Source: Candidatus Poribacteria bacterium
GTDB lineage: Bacteria > Poribacteria > WGA-4E > PCPOR2b
Length of the DNA stretch: 64,000 nt
Direction: 5' to 3'
Assembly: GCA_003635265.1 (NCBI GenBank)
Contig: PYIZ01000029.1
Span: 77,796-141,795, forward strand
The first letter of the stretch is position 1. Every line of letters begins with the position of its first letter. This document shows positions 27,671-37,614 of this stretch, in pieces. Both the position numbers and the translations under genes were made by a program. Under the pieces are notes generated by a model. It was not told the DNA's origin. It made no database searches and saw nothing but the letters and a program-made list of their open reading frames with translations.

Positions 27671-28117
27671 TTAAATCACCTCAATGCTGCCGCCTGTTGA
27701 TTCTATCTTTTCAATAGCAGATTTTGAGAATCGGTGTCCCTGTACCGTTAATTGCTTTTCGAGGTTGCCTTCTCCAAGGATTTTGATCTTTCCGTCTTTC
27801 TTCTTTGTAATTCCATTTTCTCGCAAAATCTCAGGGGTAATCGTTGTCCCGTTATCAAAATGATTTAGTGTTTGGATATTTACAATCTCATACTCAATCC
27901 GTTTATGTGCAATTCTTCTGGGACCACGTTTAGGCAAACGTCTCACCAATGGCATCTGTCCCCCTTCAAACCAAGCGGGAATGGAGACACCAGACCGGGA
28001 TTTCTGCCCTTTGTGGCCACGACCACAAGTTTTACCCCAACCCGAACTTTCGCCGCGCCCAACTCGCTTCCTATTACGCGTCGATTTTTCTGCAGGTTTG
28101 AGTTCGTTTAGTTTCAT
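27671..28117 (-). CDS. rplO: 50S ribosomal protein L15
   Basis: ORF 27671..28117. MKLNELKPAE...GRGHKGQKSRSG. Confidence 0.95.
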   Translation of the reverse strand: MKLNELKPAEKSTRNRKRVGRGESSGWGKTCGRGHKGQKSRSGVSIPAWFEGGQMPLVRRLPKRGPRRIAHKRIEYEIVNIQTLNHFDNGTTITPEILRENGITKKKDGKIKILGEGNLEKQLTVQGHRFSKSAIEKIESTGGSIEVI

Positions 28118-28146
28118 TAGGTATCTACTCCATTTTATGGATTAGT

Positions 28147-28234
28147 GGTTACGATTAAAAGTTCCGCAGAAACCGAGTTTTTTCTTCAAAACTCGGTTTC
28201 TCTATATGTTTTGCACTTTCTTTCTACATGAGCC
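28147..28234. mobile_element. MITE copy inside the spc operon (rplO-rpsE spacer)
   Basis: Right end TTGCACTTTCTTTCTACATGAGCC (28211-28234). Perfect core hairpin AGAAACCGAGTTTT-ttcttc-AAAACTCGGTTTCT (28168-28201). The left end GGTTACGATTAAAAGTTCCGCAG is degenerate. No clear TSD. Confidence 0.75.
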
Positions 28235-28314
28235 AAATGTTCCTGTTTTGCTTTAGGGATGAATTTTTCGTACGAATTAGACGCACACCCAATGGGAATT
28301 ATGGGAAAAGAGGA

Positions 28315-28824
28315 TTAGTCGAGTAGTTCCTCGACTGTTTTTCCACGAAGACGAGCCACGTCGTTGATGTCCTTTAGACCTTTTAGGGCTTCCATGGTGG
28401 CTTCTGCTGTGTTTTTCACATTTCGAGAACCGAGTCGTTTAGTCAGCACATCTTGCACCCCGGCAAACTCCAAAATGACTCTCGTTCCAGGGCCAGCGAT
28501 GATTCCAGTACCGGGACTAGCTGGCTTGAGCAGAACCTTTGCACCGCCATATTTCCCAATGATTTCATGGGGGATGGTGTTTCCTGACAGAGGTACACGA
28601 ATCAGGTTCTTTTTTGCATCAGCGATACTTTTACCTATGGCCGAGGGGATTTCATTTGCGCTCCCAAAGCCAAGTCCGACCACGCCCGATTGATCTCCAA
28701 CGACAGAAAGCGCATTAAAGCTAGGGGTTCGTCCGCCTTTGCGAACACGCATCACACGGTTGATATCTATTGGACGTTCCTCAAATTCAAATTCATCAGG
28801 ATTTATTCTTTCCCTCAAAAGCAA
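28315..28824 (-). CDS. rpsE: 30S ribosomal protein S5
   Basis: ORF 28315..28824. [19 protein letters not shown]. Confidence 0.95.
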   Translation of the reverse strand: MLLRERINPDEFEFEERPIDINRVMRVRKGGRTPSFNALSVVGDQSGVVGLGFGSANEIPSAIGKSIADAKKNLIRVPLSGNTIPHEIIGKYGGAKVLLKPASPGTGIIAGPGTRVILEFAGVQDVLTKRLGSRNVKNTAEATMEALKGLKDINDVARLRGKTVEELLD

Positions 28825-28890
28825 TTCTCCTTCATTATCAAGCGTCAGTTGATCTTGCGACCACGCCTATAGCAGTTTCTCTTACAACTG

Positions 28891-29274
28891 TCAGAATCGG
28901 AGTCCCTCTTCTCTGGCAGCTTCAGCAAGTGCTTTAATTCTTCCGTGATAGAGATTTCCACCACGGTCAAAGACTACTGATTCAATTTGATGCTCTTTTG
29001 CTCGGCGAGCGATTAATGTGCCCACTTGTTGCGCTGCACCGATGTTGCCTTGTATTGACAGGCTATCTTTCAACTCTGGTGATAGGGTTGAAGCTGCAAT
29101 AAGCGTGTTACCGGCTTCGTCATCAATAATTTGAGCGTAAATATGCTTCAAACTCCTAAAAACCGAAAGCCTCGGTCTTTCTTTTGTCCCGATTATTTTT
29201 TTTCGTATCCGCTTCTGTCGCCTATGCCTCGCGATGTATTTTTCCTTAGACCGATCCAACGATTGTTCCTCCAA
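28891..29274 (-). CDS. rplR: 50S ribosomal protein L18
   Basis: ORF 28891..29274. [23 protein letters not shown]. Confidence 0.95.
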   Translation of the reverse strand: MEEQSLDRSKEKYIARHRRQKRIRKKIIGTKERPRLSVFRSLKHIYAQIIDDEAGNTLIAASTLSPELKDSLSIQGNIGAAQQVGTLIARRAKEHQIESVVFDRGGNLYHGRIKALAEAAREEGLRF

Positions 29275-29374
29275 ATATTAATAAAAAAGGATCGACAAAT
29301 CCGGCTACGATAATTTTGGCTTACCGACTTGTAAATCCTTTAGTCTACAAAAATATAGCAATTGAACCGCTACC

Positions 29375-29941
29375 CTACACCCCAGTTTTACCTTCCTTGT
29401 TACGGACGCGTTCACCTTCGTAACGGAGCCCTTTGGAAGGTTCGTAGACTTCGGGTTTCTTGATCTGACGGATTGAAGCAGCAACTTGACCGACAAGTGC
29501 CTTGTCAATACCGCTCACCGTTATTGGTGTGTGAGGTTGACCTCCTACAGTTTCGGAATCACCTACACTCAGGGTTATCCCTTCAGGAGGCTCATAGGTT
29601 ACTGGGTGAGAATACCCGACATTTAGGACTAGACGTTTCTGGCGGTCTACTTCCGCACGATATCCAACGCCAACGAGGATGAGTTTTTTTTCAAAACCTT
29701 CGGTTACGCCTGTTACCATATTGGCGATGAGGCTACGTGTTAATCCGTGCAACGATCTGTGCGTTTTTTGGTTTGTCAATCTATCAATCGTGATGGATTC
29801 GTCGCCTAAATTGACTACTATGCCAGCCGGAACTGTCCAATTGAGAGTGCCTTTTGGACCTTCAACAGTGATGTCGTTTTGATCCAAGGCTACCTTAACC
29901 TTTGAATCCATACTAATTGGCATTTGCCCTATTCGTGACAT
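29375..29941 (-). CDS. rplF: 50S ribosomal protein L6
   Basis: ORF 29375..29962. The start is moved to MSRIGQMPI (ATG 29939-29941, GGAG upstream). Confidence 0.93.
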   Translation of the reverse strand: MSRIGQMPISMDSKVKVALDQNDITVEGPKGTLNWTVPAGIVVNLGDESITIDRLTNQKTHRSLHGLTRSLIANMVTGVTEGFEKKLILVGVGYRAEVDRQKRLVLNVGYSHPVTYEPPEGITLSVGDSETVGGQPHTPITVSGIDKALVGQVAASIRQIKKPEVYEPSKGLRYEGERVRNKEGKTGV

Positions 29942-29971
29942 TGTATTCGTCTCCGAATTCAAACTGAAAAA

Positions 29972-30370
29972 TTACCAGATATGACAGAGGACTTCACCAC
30001 CAATGCCAGACTTCCTGCATTCGGAGGCTGTCTTAACACCTTGCGAGGTAGACAATATAGCAATCCCTAAATTTCCATACACATTAGGAAGCTGGTCTGC
30101 TTTCACGTACACTCGCCGTCCCGGTTTGCTAATTCTTTTGAGTCCTGTTATAACCTTTTCTTTGCCTTCGCCATACTTCAAATAGATACGCAAAATACCT
30201 TGTTTGCCGTCATCGATCCAACGATAATTGCGGATGTACCCTTCCTCATGTAGAGTGCGGGTAATCTCCATTTTTAGTTTTGATGCGGGTATTTCGACGC
30301 GTTCATGTCCAACCATATTCGCATTGCGAACACGGGTCAGCATATCCGCAACCGGATCTGTCATTGACAT
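29972..30370 (-). CDS. rpsH: 30S ribosomal protein S8
   Basis: ORF 29972..30370. [15 protein letters not shown]. Confidence 0.95.
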   Translation of the reverse strand: MSMTDPVADMLTRVRNANMVGHERVEIPASKLKMEITRTLHEEGYIRNYRWIDDGKQGILRIYLKYGEGKEKVITGLKRISKPGRRVYVKADQLPNVYGNLGIAILSTSQGVKTASECRKSGIGGEVLCHIW

Positions 30371-30406
30371 CAGCTTTCTCCTTTACTCGTGCCAACAAAT
30401 AAGACA

Positions 30407-30592
30407 CTACCAACTTGCCTTTGTGACTCCCGGAATTTTACCCGATCTTGCGAAGAGGCGAAAACAGATTCGGCAAAGATCAAACTTCCGCAGATAACTG
30501 CGGGCTCTGCCACAGTTACGACAACGATTATATTTTCGAACCTGAAACTTCGGGGTTCTTTTTTGCTTGGCAATGAGAGCTTTTGTTGCCAA
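30407..30592 (-). CDS. rpsN: 30S ribosomal protein S14, short zinc-binding (type Z) form
   Basis: ORF 30407..30622. A TTG start at 30590-30592 sits 7 nt after AGGAG and gives a 61-aa protein, (M)[15 protein letters not shown]...CRNCGR...CRICF...GVTKASW. Confidence 0.9.
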   Translation of the reverse strand: MATKALIAKQKRTPKFQVRKYNRCRNCGRARSYLRKFDLCRICFRLFARSGKIPGVTKASW

Positions 30593-30639
30593 ATGAAGGC
30601 TCCTTTCCTTCACTCCTATCAAGGGCTAGCATATACGGG

Positions 30640-31182
30640 CTAAGATTCTCTAAACGGCATTCCCATCAGTCGTAGTAACTCGCGTCCTTCTTCATCGGTT
30701 GGAGCCGTTGTTCCAATAGTGATATTTAATCCACGAACTTCGCTTATGGTGTCGTATTCGATCTCTGGAAAAATGACTTGCTCTTGGAGCCCCAAGGAAT
30801 AGTTGCCGCGTCCATCAAATGAATCCGGGGAGAGTCCCCGAAAATCACGAATCTGGGGAAGGACAACGTTGACGAGTTTATTGAAAAATTCATACATCCT
30901 ATCCTGTCGCAAGGTCGTTTTGCAGCCAATAGCCATACCTGTACGGACCTTGAAGGCTGACACAGATTTCTTGGCACGGGTAATAACTGCCCGCTGGCCA
31001 CTGATTTGTGTCAGTTCTTCGACTGCATTATCCAAAAGTTTTGAATCGTCTATGGCAGCACCAACCCCCATATTGAGAGTTATCTTGCTAAGTTTTGGCA
31101 CCTGCATAACGTTCGGATAGTCGAAACGTTGTTGCAACGCAGGGAAGACTTCTTCTTGATAAAAAGATTTAAATACGCTCAT
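30640..31182 (-). CDS. rplE: 50S ribosomal protein L5
   Basis: ORF 30640..31182. Confidence 0.95.
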   Translation of the reverse strand: MSVFKSFYQEEVFPALQQRFDYPNVMQVPKLSKITLNMGVGAAIDDSKLLDNAVEELTQISGQRAVITRAKKSVSAFKVRTGMAIGCKTTLRQDRMYEFFNKLVNVVLPQIRDFRGLSPDSFDGRGNYSLGLQEQVIFPEIEYDTISEVRGLNITIGTTAPTDEEGRELLRLMGMPFRES

Positions 31183-31234
31183 TGATTCATACCTTATCGG
31201 TTGCGGAACTTCCTCAAGACAGGTTTCGCGTCAA

Positions 31235-31585
31235 CTAGTCGCGCTCAACAGACTCACCACATTTTCTGCATACACGTGCGTGGTAGCTTTTCGTCCGCCC
31301 TCCAATTTCCTTCTCAAAGATACTGCGCTTGGTTCGGGCGGGCGCGTTACAACTTGGGCAAATCAGCTTTAGGTTAGCGATATTAATTGTCCCTTCTCTT
31401 TCGACGATGCCGCCTTGCGGTGCCTGCGGGCTCGGACGGGTATGCCTTTTGATCATGTGGATCCCTTCAACAGTGGCGCGGCGTTTATGCGGCAGCATTT
31501 CTAGAATAACGCCGGTTTTACCCTTATCCTTCCCACTCAATACTAACACGTTGTCATTTTTCCTTACGTGCAATCTGGTTTGCAA
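31235..31585 (-). CDS. rplX: 50S ribosomal protein L24 with a C-terminal Cys4 (CxxC...CxxC) segment
   Basis: ORF 31235..31585. KOW region VLVLSGKDKGKTG. Cys76/79 (CPSC) and Cys106/109 (CRKC). Confidence 0.93.
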   Translation of the reverse strand: MQTRLHVRKNDNVLVLSGKDKGKTGVILEMLPHKRRATVEGIHMIKRHTRPSPQAPQGGIVEREGTINIANLKLICPSCNAPARTKRSIFEKEIGGRTKSYHARVCRKCGESVERD

Positions 31586-31607
31586 CGGTACTACCTCCTA
31601 GGCGGCT

Positions 31608-31976
31608 TTATATGACCTCTGGTGCTAAAGAGACAATTCGCGCAAATGCTTTTTCTCTGAGTTCACGAGCAACGGGACCGAAAATGCGTGTTCCGCGAGG
31701 CTGGTCTTGGGCATCAATCAAAACGGCAGCATTTCTATCGAATTTGATATAAGAACCATCGAGTCTGCGATGTTCCTTGGTTGCACGTACCACGACAGCT
31801 CGTACAACATCTCCCTTTTTCACTTGGCTATTTGGATTTGCTTCTTTCACACTTGCCACAATAACATCACCAACTCGTGCGTAGCGCCTTCTGCTACCGC
31901 CGAGCACGCGAATACACATAAGCTGCTTTGCGCCTGTATTATCCGCACAATTCAATAGAGTGTATGCTTGAACCAT
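31608..31976 (-). CDS. rplN: 50S ribosomal protein L14
   Basis: ORF 31608..31976. [17 protein letters not shown]. Confidence 0.95.
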   Translation of the reverse strand: MVQAYTLLNCADNTGAKQLMCIRVLGGSRRRYARVGDVIVASVKEANPNSQVKKGDVVRAVVVRATKEHRRLDGSYIKFDRNAAVLIDAQDQPRGTRIFGPVARELREKAFARIVSLAPEVI

Positions 31977-32014
31977 TGGTTGTTACCTTCCTAAGTTTAA
32001 CTCCGTCTTCCACT

Positions 32015-32290
32015 TCACGCATCAATTGATTCTGTCTTGGAGACAACTTCGCGAACTTTCCAACGTTTACGACGGCTAAGTGGGCGAACTTCGACAACTT
32101 GCACGAGATCACCGACTCGACACTCATTCTGCTCGTCGTGAGCCAGAACCTTTGTGGAACTTCTTACAATTTTCTTATAAAGGGGGTGTTGATAAGTCCG
32201 AACAATTTCAACGGCAACAGTTTTATCCATCCGATCACTTGTGACCGTACCCGTTCTGAACTTACGATTCCCTCGCTGATGCTTATCCAC
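32015..32290 (-). CDS. rpsQ: 30S ribosomal protein S17
   Basis: ORF 32015..32290. Confidence 0.95.
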   Translation of the reverse strand: MDKHQRGNRKFRTGTVTSDRMDKTVAVEIVRTYQHPLYKKIVRSSTKVLAHDEQNECRVGDLVQVVEVRPLSRRKRWKVREVVSKTESIDA

Positions 32291-32312
32291 GCTTTTCCTC
32301 TCGTAACTTTAG

Positions 32313-32519
32313 TTATGGCGACTCTTCAATCCCAAGTTCACGTAGCCGAAGAATTGTGTGAATCCGTGCGATATCCTTCTTGCCCTTTTTTAATTGGGAT
32401 GTATCTTCAAGTTGCCCTAGTATTCTTCGGAACTTGATGTTAAACGCGGTGTCCTTAAAATCTCGAAGGTCGTTTTCCAACTCCTCAGATGATTTGTTGC
32501 GCAACTCATTAGCAGTCAT
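32313..32519 (-). CDS. rpmC: 50S ribosomal protein L29
   Basis: ORF 32313..32561. The start is moved to [10 protein letters not shown] (ATG 32517-32519), which removes the overlap with rplP. Confidence 0.9.
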   Translation of the reverse strand: MTANELRNKSSEELENDLRDFKDTAFNIKFRRILGQLEDTSQLKKGKKDIARIHTILRLRELGIEESP

Positions 32520-32526
32520 TGTTTGG

Positions 32527-32940
32527 TTATTCTCCCATTCGACTGATAAACTTCGTCTCAATCGGCAATTTGTGGGCTGCTCTGGTCATGGCTTCCTTTG
32601 CTACGTCTTCTGGGACACCGCTCAATTCATATAAAATGCGTCCCGGTTTAACAACAGCCACCCAAAACTCAGGAGCTCCTTTCCCGCTTCCCATTCTGGT
32701 TTCAGCGGGTTTCTTCGTTACCGGTTTATGCGGAAAGATTTTAATCCAAACCGTGCCACCACGACGCACATGACGGGTGATTGCCTGTCGCGCAGATTCA
32801 ATTTGGCGGCTCGTGATCCAACCCGGCTCCATCGCTTTCAAACCATATTCGCCGAAATCTATTCGTGAACCTCGGTAAGGTTTGCCACGGCGTTTACCGC
32901 GCTGCACTTTACGGTGTAGAATCCGTTTGGGCATTAACAT
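32527..32940 (-). CDS. rplP: 50S ribosomal protein L16
   Basis: ORF 32527..32940. [16 protein letters not shown]. Confidence 0.95.
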   Translation of the reverse strand: MLMPKRILHRKVQRGKRRGKPYRGSRIDFGEYGLKAMEPGWITSRQIESARQAITRHVRRGGTVWIKIFPHKPVTKKPAETRMGSGKGAPEFWVAVVKPGRILYELSGVPEDVAKEAMTRAAHKLPIETKFISRMGE

Positions 32941-32979
32941 ATTATGTACTCCTTCTGATTCATACTCAGGAACGAGCGT

Positions 32980-33813
32980 TTACGATCCTCGATTCTCACG
33001 ATTGGTTCTACGTGGTCCCCGCCGCCTGTCTTGATCTCTTCTGCGTCTGGGTCTACCTTCGGAACGTGCTGCTGGACCGTCTTCGTCTGAAAATCGTGAT
33101 GGCCGTCTTTCAGACGAATCAGTTGGTACCTGCGTAGCACGGCCGGAAGGGGAAAGTTCGGGTCTACCAATAATCTCCCCCTTAAAAATCCACGTTTTAA
33201 TGCCAATCTTACCGTAGGTTGTATCGGCTTCAGCAAAGCCATAATCAATATTCGCCCTGAGCGTATGAAGCGGCACCCTGCCCTCAATATTTGATTCTGA
33301 GCGTGCCATTTCGGCGCCCCCAAGTCGACCACCGATACTGATTTTAACCCCTTGGGCACCGGCTTTCATTGAAGCGATAATACTTTTTTTCATTGCCTGT
33401 CTAAAATTGGATCGACGCACGATCTGCAGTGCAACCGCTTCAGCAACAAGTTGAGCATCTAATTCAGGGCGCTTGATTTCGGTGACATTAATTCGAACTG
33501 TGCGTTCACCGTTTGAACCCGAATCTGTCTGCAAGATATGCTCTAAGTCCGCTTGTAACTTTTCTGCCTCAACACCACGCCGTCCAATGACGATACCCGG
33601 ACGCGCTGTGTGTATATGAATATTACACCTATCGCCAACCCTTTCGATTTCGATACGAGAAATGCCGGCACGCGACAATCTTTCCTTAATGAAGGACTGA
33701 ATTTTCAAATCCTCATGAAGCCATTGGGCATACTCTTTTTCGTTGTACCATTTCGAGTCCCAATTTTCAATGATGCCTAGGCGTAGTCCACGCGGGTGCG
33801 TTTTCTGTCCCAC
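32980..33813 (-). CDS. rpsC: 30S ribosomal protein S3 with a roughly 55-aa charged C-terminal extension
   Basis: ORF 32980..33828. A GTG start at 33811-33813 sits 5 nt after GGAGGAGG and gives (M)[12 protein letters not shown]. The tail is ...[44 protein letters not shown]. Confidence 0.93.
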   Translation of the reverse strand: MGQKTHPRGLRLGIIENWDSKWYNEKEYAQWLHEDLKIQSFIKERLSRAGISRIEIERVGDRCNIHIHTARPGIVIGRRGVEAEKLQADLEHILQTDSGSNGERTVRINVTEIKRPELDAQLVAEAVALQIVRRSNFRQAMKKSIIASMKAGAQGVKISIGGRLGGAEMARSESNIEGRVPLHTLRANIDYGFAEADTTYGKIGIKTWIFKGEIIGRPELSPSGRATQVPTDSSERRPSRFSDEDGPAARSEGRPRRRRDQDRRRGPRRTNRENRGS

Positions 33814-33906
33814 TAAAACCTCCTCCAAAATTCAGTTAGGCACAGGTTGTCGAACGACGGAGGTAAAAGAACATGGGTCAGTCTATGCCGCAGACCGGTA
33901 GGATTC

Positions 33907-34272
33907 TCAATATTCATCTTCATCTTCCTCTTCGTCTAGTACGACTGTAATATGGCACCTACGATGTAAGACCCTGTTTGCCATACCTCGTGCCCGTGGG
34001 CGAAACCATCTTCGGGTAAGGCCATCATTGACGACAATCTGTTTGACAACTAGATTGCTCTCGTCAATAGTGGCACCCTGCTGTTGTGCATTATATCGTG
34101 CATTCGCGGTAGCTGATTGAATCAGTTTGCGGATTACAGGAGAGGCTGCTTTATGTGTAAATGTTAATTGATTTATTGCCTCTTCGACATATTGATCTTT
34201 GATCAAATCAGCGACCAAACGCGCTTTGCGCGGGGCAATCGGCACGTTTCGGATACTTGCTCGAGCCTCCAT
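33907..34272 (-). CDS. rplV: 50S ribosomal protein L22
   Basis: ORF 33907..34272. Confidence 0.95.
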   Translation of the reverse strand: MEARASIRNVPIAPRKARLVADLIKDQYVEEAINQLTFTHKAASPVIRKLIQSATANARYNAQQQGATIDESNLVVKQIVVNDGLTRRWFRPRARGMANRVLHRRCHITVVLDEEEDEDEY

Positions 34273-34384
34273 GTCAAAATTCTCCTAAATTAGCTTGAGC
34301 ATTTGTAATAACTTGCGCTCATCATCTCGATTTCTCAAAGGGGTGAGTACACGAATCGAGTTTATTTTACCTATTGAGTATACT

Positions 34385-34654
34385 TTATCTCGCACCACCA
34401 CTCGCGTGCGATCTGAATGTTCGAGTGGGAGAAAATTCACCTAATTTATGTCCCACCATGTTTTCTGTAATATAAACAGGGAAAAATTTCTTGCCGTTAT
34501 GAATGGCGAGGGTGTGACCAATCAGGTCCGGCGTCACCATAGATCTGCGCGACCATGTGCGAATCACACGTTTTGTTCCAGACCGATTCATCGCTTCAAT
34601 TTTTTTGAGAAGTTTTGGATCTATGTAAGGTCCTTTTTTCACAGAACGGGGCAT
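34385..34654 (-). CDS. rpsS: 30S ribosomal protein S19
   Basis: ORF 34385..34654. [12 protein letters not shown]. Confidence 0.95.
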   Translation of the reverse strand: MPRSVKKGPYIDPKLLKKIEAMNRSGTKRVIRTWSRRSMVTPDLIGHTLAIHNGKKFFPVYITENMVGHKLGEFSPTRTFRSHASGGAR

Positions 34655-34712
34655 GACGCTTCTCCTGATAATGGTCGAAAAGACACGAAAACTCTATGTC
34701 AACCGAGGTAAA

Positions 34713-35537
34713 TTATTTCCGACGACTGACAATATATCTGCCAGATCGCTTTTTAGGATCTCTTGTTTTATACCCTTTGGTTGGAACACCCCACGGTGTT
34801 ACGGGGTGCCTTCCACCAGCACTTTTTCCTTCGCCGCCGCCATGCGGATGATCAATTGGATTCATTGCCACACCGCGCACTTTGGGGCGATGTCCTTTCC
34901 ATCGGTTTCGTCCTGCTTTACCAATAGATAGGTTTGCGTGGTCAACATTACCCACCTGTCCAATGGTCGCCATACATGTCACTGGAAGTAAACGAACTTC
35001 GCCAGAAGGCATTTGAATCCGCGCATGCTTTCCTTCACGGTCTACCAACTGTGCCACAGCACCTGCGCTTCGTACGAGTTGCCCACCTTTACCCGGCTGC
35101 ATTTCTATGTTATGTATTGAGGTGCCGAGAGGAATCCTTTCAAGGGGCAAGGCGTTTCCAACTCTGATGGGTGCATCTGGACCAGCGTTTAACACATCAT
35201 CAACCTGTAGTCCTAGAGGTGCGATGATATAGCGTTTCTCTCCATCGGCGTAATGGAGCAGGGCAATCCGGGCAGATCGACTGGGATCATACTCGATTGA
35301 GGCGACCGTAGCGGGGACGCCAAATTTATCACGCTTAAATTCAATAGCTCGATACCGTCGTTTATGGCCTCCACCGCGCCTGCGGACAGTCATACGACCC
35401 AGCGAATTACGTCCTCCCTTTTTCTTTAATCCCTTTGTTAACGATTTTTCGGATTGCCGCCGGGTTACCTCTTCAAAGGCATCCCCTGTAATAAATCGGC
35501 GACTGGGTGTGACGGGTGAATACGTTTTAACTGCCAC
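34713..35537 (-). CDS. rplB: 50S ribosomal protein L2
   Basis: ORF 34713..35537. [13 protein letters not shown]. Confidence 0.95.
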   Translation of the reverse strand: MAVKTYSPVTPSRRFITGDAFEEVTRRQSEKSLTKGLKKKGGRNSLGRMTVRRRGGGHKRRYRAIEFKRDKFGVPATVASIEYDPSRSARIALLHYADGEKRYIIAPLGLQVDDVLNAGPDAPIRVGNALPLERIPLGTSIHNIEMQPGKGGQLVRSAGAVAQLVDREGKHARIQMPSGEVRLLPVTCMATIGQVGNVDHANLSIGKAGRNRWKGHRPKVRGVAMNPIDHPHGGGEGKSAGGRHPVTPWGVPTKGYKTRDPKKRSGRYIVSRRK

Positions 35538-35574
35538 GCTAAATCCCTCCTAGTAAGGCTTCAAACCTGCACCA

Positions 35575-35874
35575 CTATATTGTTTCAAAAGCCTCAATGA
35601 TTGTTCCTTCAGTAACAGTGATAATTACCTTTTTCCAGTTAGGTCGCCGCCCCTGTCGATACCGCCAAAATTGTCCTTTGGTCTTCCCGCGGACCTGCAT
35701 GGTATTAATCTTTAAGATCTTATCCTTGAGATCGAATAGTTCTTCAGCTGCCTTACGGATCTCCGCTTTAGTGGCTTTGATATCAACAACAAAGGCGTAT
35801 TTGTTCGATTCTCTGAGGATTGTGGTCTTTTCGGTTATTAACGGTTGCTTGATAATCCGATATGGGTCTTTCAT
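35575..35874 (-). CDS. rplW: 50S ribosomal protein L23
   Basis: ORF 35575..35874. Confidence 0.93.
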   Translation of the reverse strand: MKDPYRIIKQPLITEKTTILRESNKYAFVVDIKATKAEIRKAAEELFDLKDKILKINTMQVRGKTKGQFWRYRQGRRPNWKKVIITVTEGTIIEAFETI

Positions 35875-36516
35875 CTATGCTTCCTCTGTTGGCTGACCGA
35901 ACTTTTCTTCTAGCTTTTCTGCTGCACTTTCTGTGAAGACAATCTTATCATGCCAAAGCACATCGTACACATTAAGGGTATTCCAAACACAGCTGTTTAC
36001 GTTCGGGATATTCCGTACCGATAGACGGATGTTTGATTCAGGTTCGCCGAGGACAAAGAGGACTTTATCCGCGAGTCCTAAATTCCCCAAAACTTGAACC
36101 ATATCCTTCGTTTTCGGAACATCTAACGTAAAGTCTTCAATCAGCATACAATCATCACTTTGAAATTTGCCTGCTAAAGCTGATTGTAATCCGAGTTGAC
36201 GTACCTTCTTCGGCGTGTGTTGGCGATAACTGCGCGGCTTTGGACCGAATGCAACGCCGCCATGCACCCGTATGGGAGACTTGCCATCCCCGACTCGGGC
36301 ACGGCCCGTTCCTTTCTGGCGATATAGCTTTTTACCACTCCCACGGACTTCTGACCGTGTTTTGGTGGAAGCGGTGCCTCGACGTTGGTTCGCAAGATAT
36401 GCAACGACGCATTGATGTATAACTGCCTCATTAACGGGTGCATTTACGAACGCGTCAGATAATTCTTTCTGTTTTTGGGTGTCCCCAGAACGGTCATATA
36501 CATCTAAAGCTGCCAT
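35875..36516 (-). CDS. rplD: 50S ribosomal protein L4
   Basis: ORF 35875..36516. It abuts rplW with no gap. Confidence 0.95.
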   Translation of the reverse strand: MAALDVYDRSGDTQKQKELSDAFVNAPVNEAVIHQCVVAYLANQRRGTASTKTRSEVRGSGKKLYRQKGTGRARVGDGKSPIRVHGGVAFGPKPRSYRQHTPKKVRQLGLQSALAGKFQSDDCMLIEDFTLDVPKTKDMVQVLGNLGLADKVLFVLGEPESNIRLSVRNIPNVNSCVWNTLNVYDVLWHDKIVFTESAAEKLEEKFGQPTEEA

Positions 36517-36542
36517 GCGTGATAATCCTCAAAAGGGTGTAT

Positions 36543-37181
36543 TTATTGTTCAGCCTTTACTGCTTTTTTGATAATGAGTAGTCCATTGGGTGGGCCGGGA
36601 ACAGCACCTTTAACAAGTAATAGGTTTCTATCGGAATCTGCTTGGACAACCTGTAGATTCTGAGTCGTCACCTGTGTCCCACCATGTCGTCCGGGCATCT
36701 TTTTGCCCTTGAAAACGCGTGAGGGCCATGCACTATGGCCAATGGATCCGGGTCGTCGATGGTTTTTCTCACTACCGTGAGTCTGCTTCATACCAGAAAA
36801 TCCCCATCGTTTAACCACACCCGTGAATCCACGTCCTTTAGATGTTCCCGTTACATCAATCAGATCTCCCGGGGAAAAAATGCCCACGTCAACGTTTGAA
36901 CCAACCTCTAAGCCCTCTGTGCTATCAACGCGCACCTCCCGCAAAAATCGATGTGGTGTGACGTTTGCTTTTTGGAAATGTCCACTCTCAGGGCGATTGA
37001 CCTTGTTTTCGCGCCGAGCGCCGAAGCCTAGTTGGATGGCATTATAACCCTCATGGTCTTGAGTTTTGACCTGTACTATCGGGCAGGGGCCCGCTTCGAC
37101 CACCGTAACTGGAATCGCAGCTCCGGATTCATCAAAGATTTGGGTCATACCAATCTTCTTCCCTAATATTCCACTACTCAT
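36543..37181 (-). CDS. rplC: 50S ribosomal protein L3
   Basis: ORF 36543..37196. The start is moved to MSSGILGKKIGMTQIF (ATG 37179-37181, GGAG upstream). Confidence 0.93.
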   Translation of the reverse strand: MSSGILGKKIGMTQIFDESGAAIPVTVVEAGPCPIVQVKTQDHEGYNAIQLGFGARRENKVNRPESGHFQKANVTPHRFLREVRVDSTEGLEVGSNVDVGIFSPGDLIDVTGTSKGRGFTGVVKRWGFSGMKQTHGSEKNHRRPGSIGHSAWPSRVFKGKKMPGRHGGTQVTTQNLQVVQADSDRNLLLVKGAVPGPPNGLLIIKKAVKAEQ

Positions 37182-37225
37182 ATCGCATCTCCGCAACGAG
37201 GGTATTCAGGTTCAACGACGCGTGC

Positions 37226-37537
37226 CTACAGAAGCGTAATTTTGACATCAACGCCCGCTGGTAGATCTAAGCGCATCAGCGCATTGACTGTCTTGGGAGT
37301 CGTCTGTAAAATATCCAATAACCGTTTGTGAATTCGCATTTGAAACTGTTCGCGGGATTTTTTGTCTTTGAAAGTTGATCGCTGCACAGTGTAAATGTGC
37401 TGCTTAATCGGAAGCGGAATCGGACCTGAGACCAATGCGCCTGTGCGCCGAGCGGTCTCCGCAATTTGCCCCGCAGAGTGATCTAACAAACGGTAATCAA
37501 ATGATTTCAGACGAATCCTGATTTTCTGGTTATCCAT
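37226..37537 (-). CDS. rpsJ: 30S ribosomal protein S10
   Basis: ORF 37226..37552. The start is moved to [14 protein letters not shown] (ATG 37535-37537). Confidence 0.93.
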   Translation of the reverse strand: MDNQKIRIRLKSFDYRLLDHSAGQIAETARRTGALVSGPIPLPIKQHIYTVQRSTFKDKKSREQFQMRIHKRLLDILQTTPKTVNALMRLDLPAGVDVKITLL

Positions 37538-37565
37538 CAATACTCCAACCAAATTTGGTTCATTG

Positions 37566-37613
37566 GTTCATTGGCTCATCAATGAACTAATGAGCCAATG
37601 ACCTCAGGTGGTT
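37566..37613. repeat. Palindromic array of TGAACCAA-type 8-mers forming a long hairpin between tuf and rpsJ
   Basis: TTGGTTCA TTGGTTCA TTGGCTCA | tcaatgaacta | ATGAGCCAATGACC. The stem GGT(T)CATTGGCTCAT/ATGAGCCAATGACC is about 14 bp with one bulge and a 10-nt loop. Confidence 0.75.
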
Positions 37614-37614
37614 A

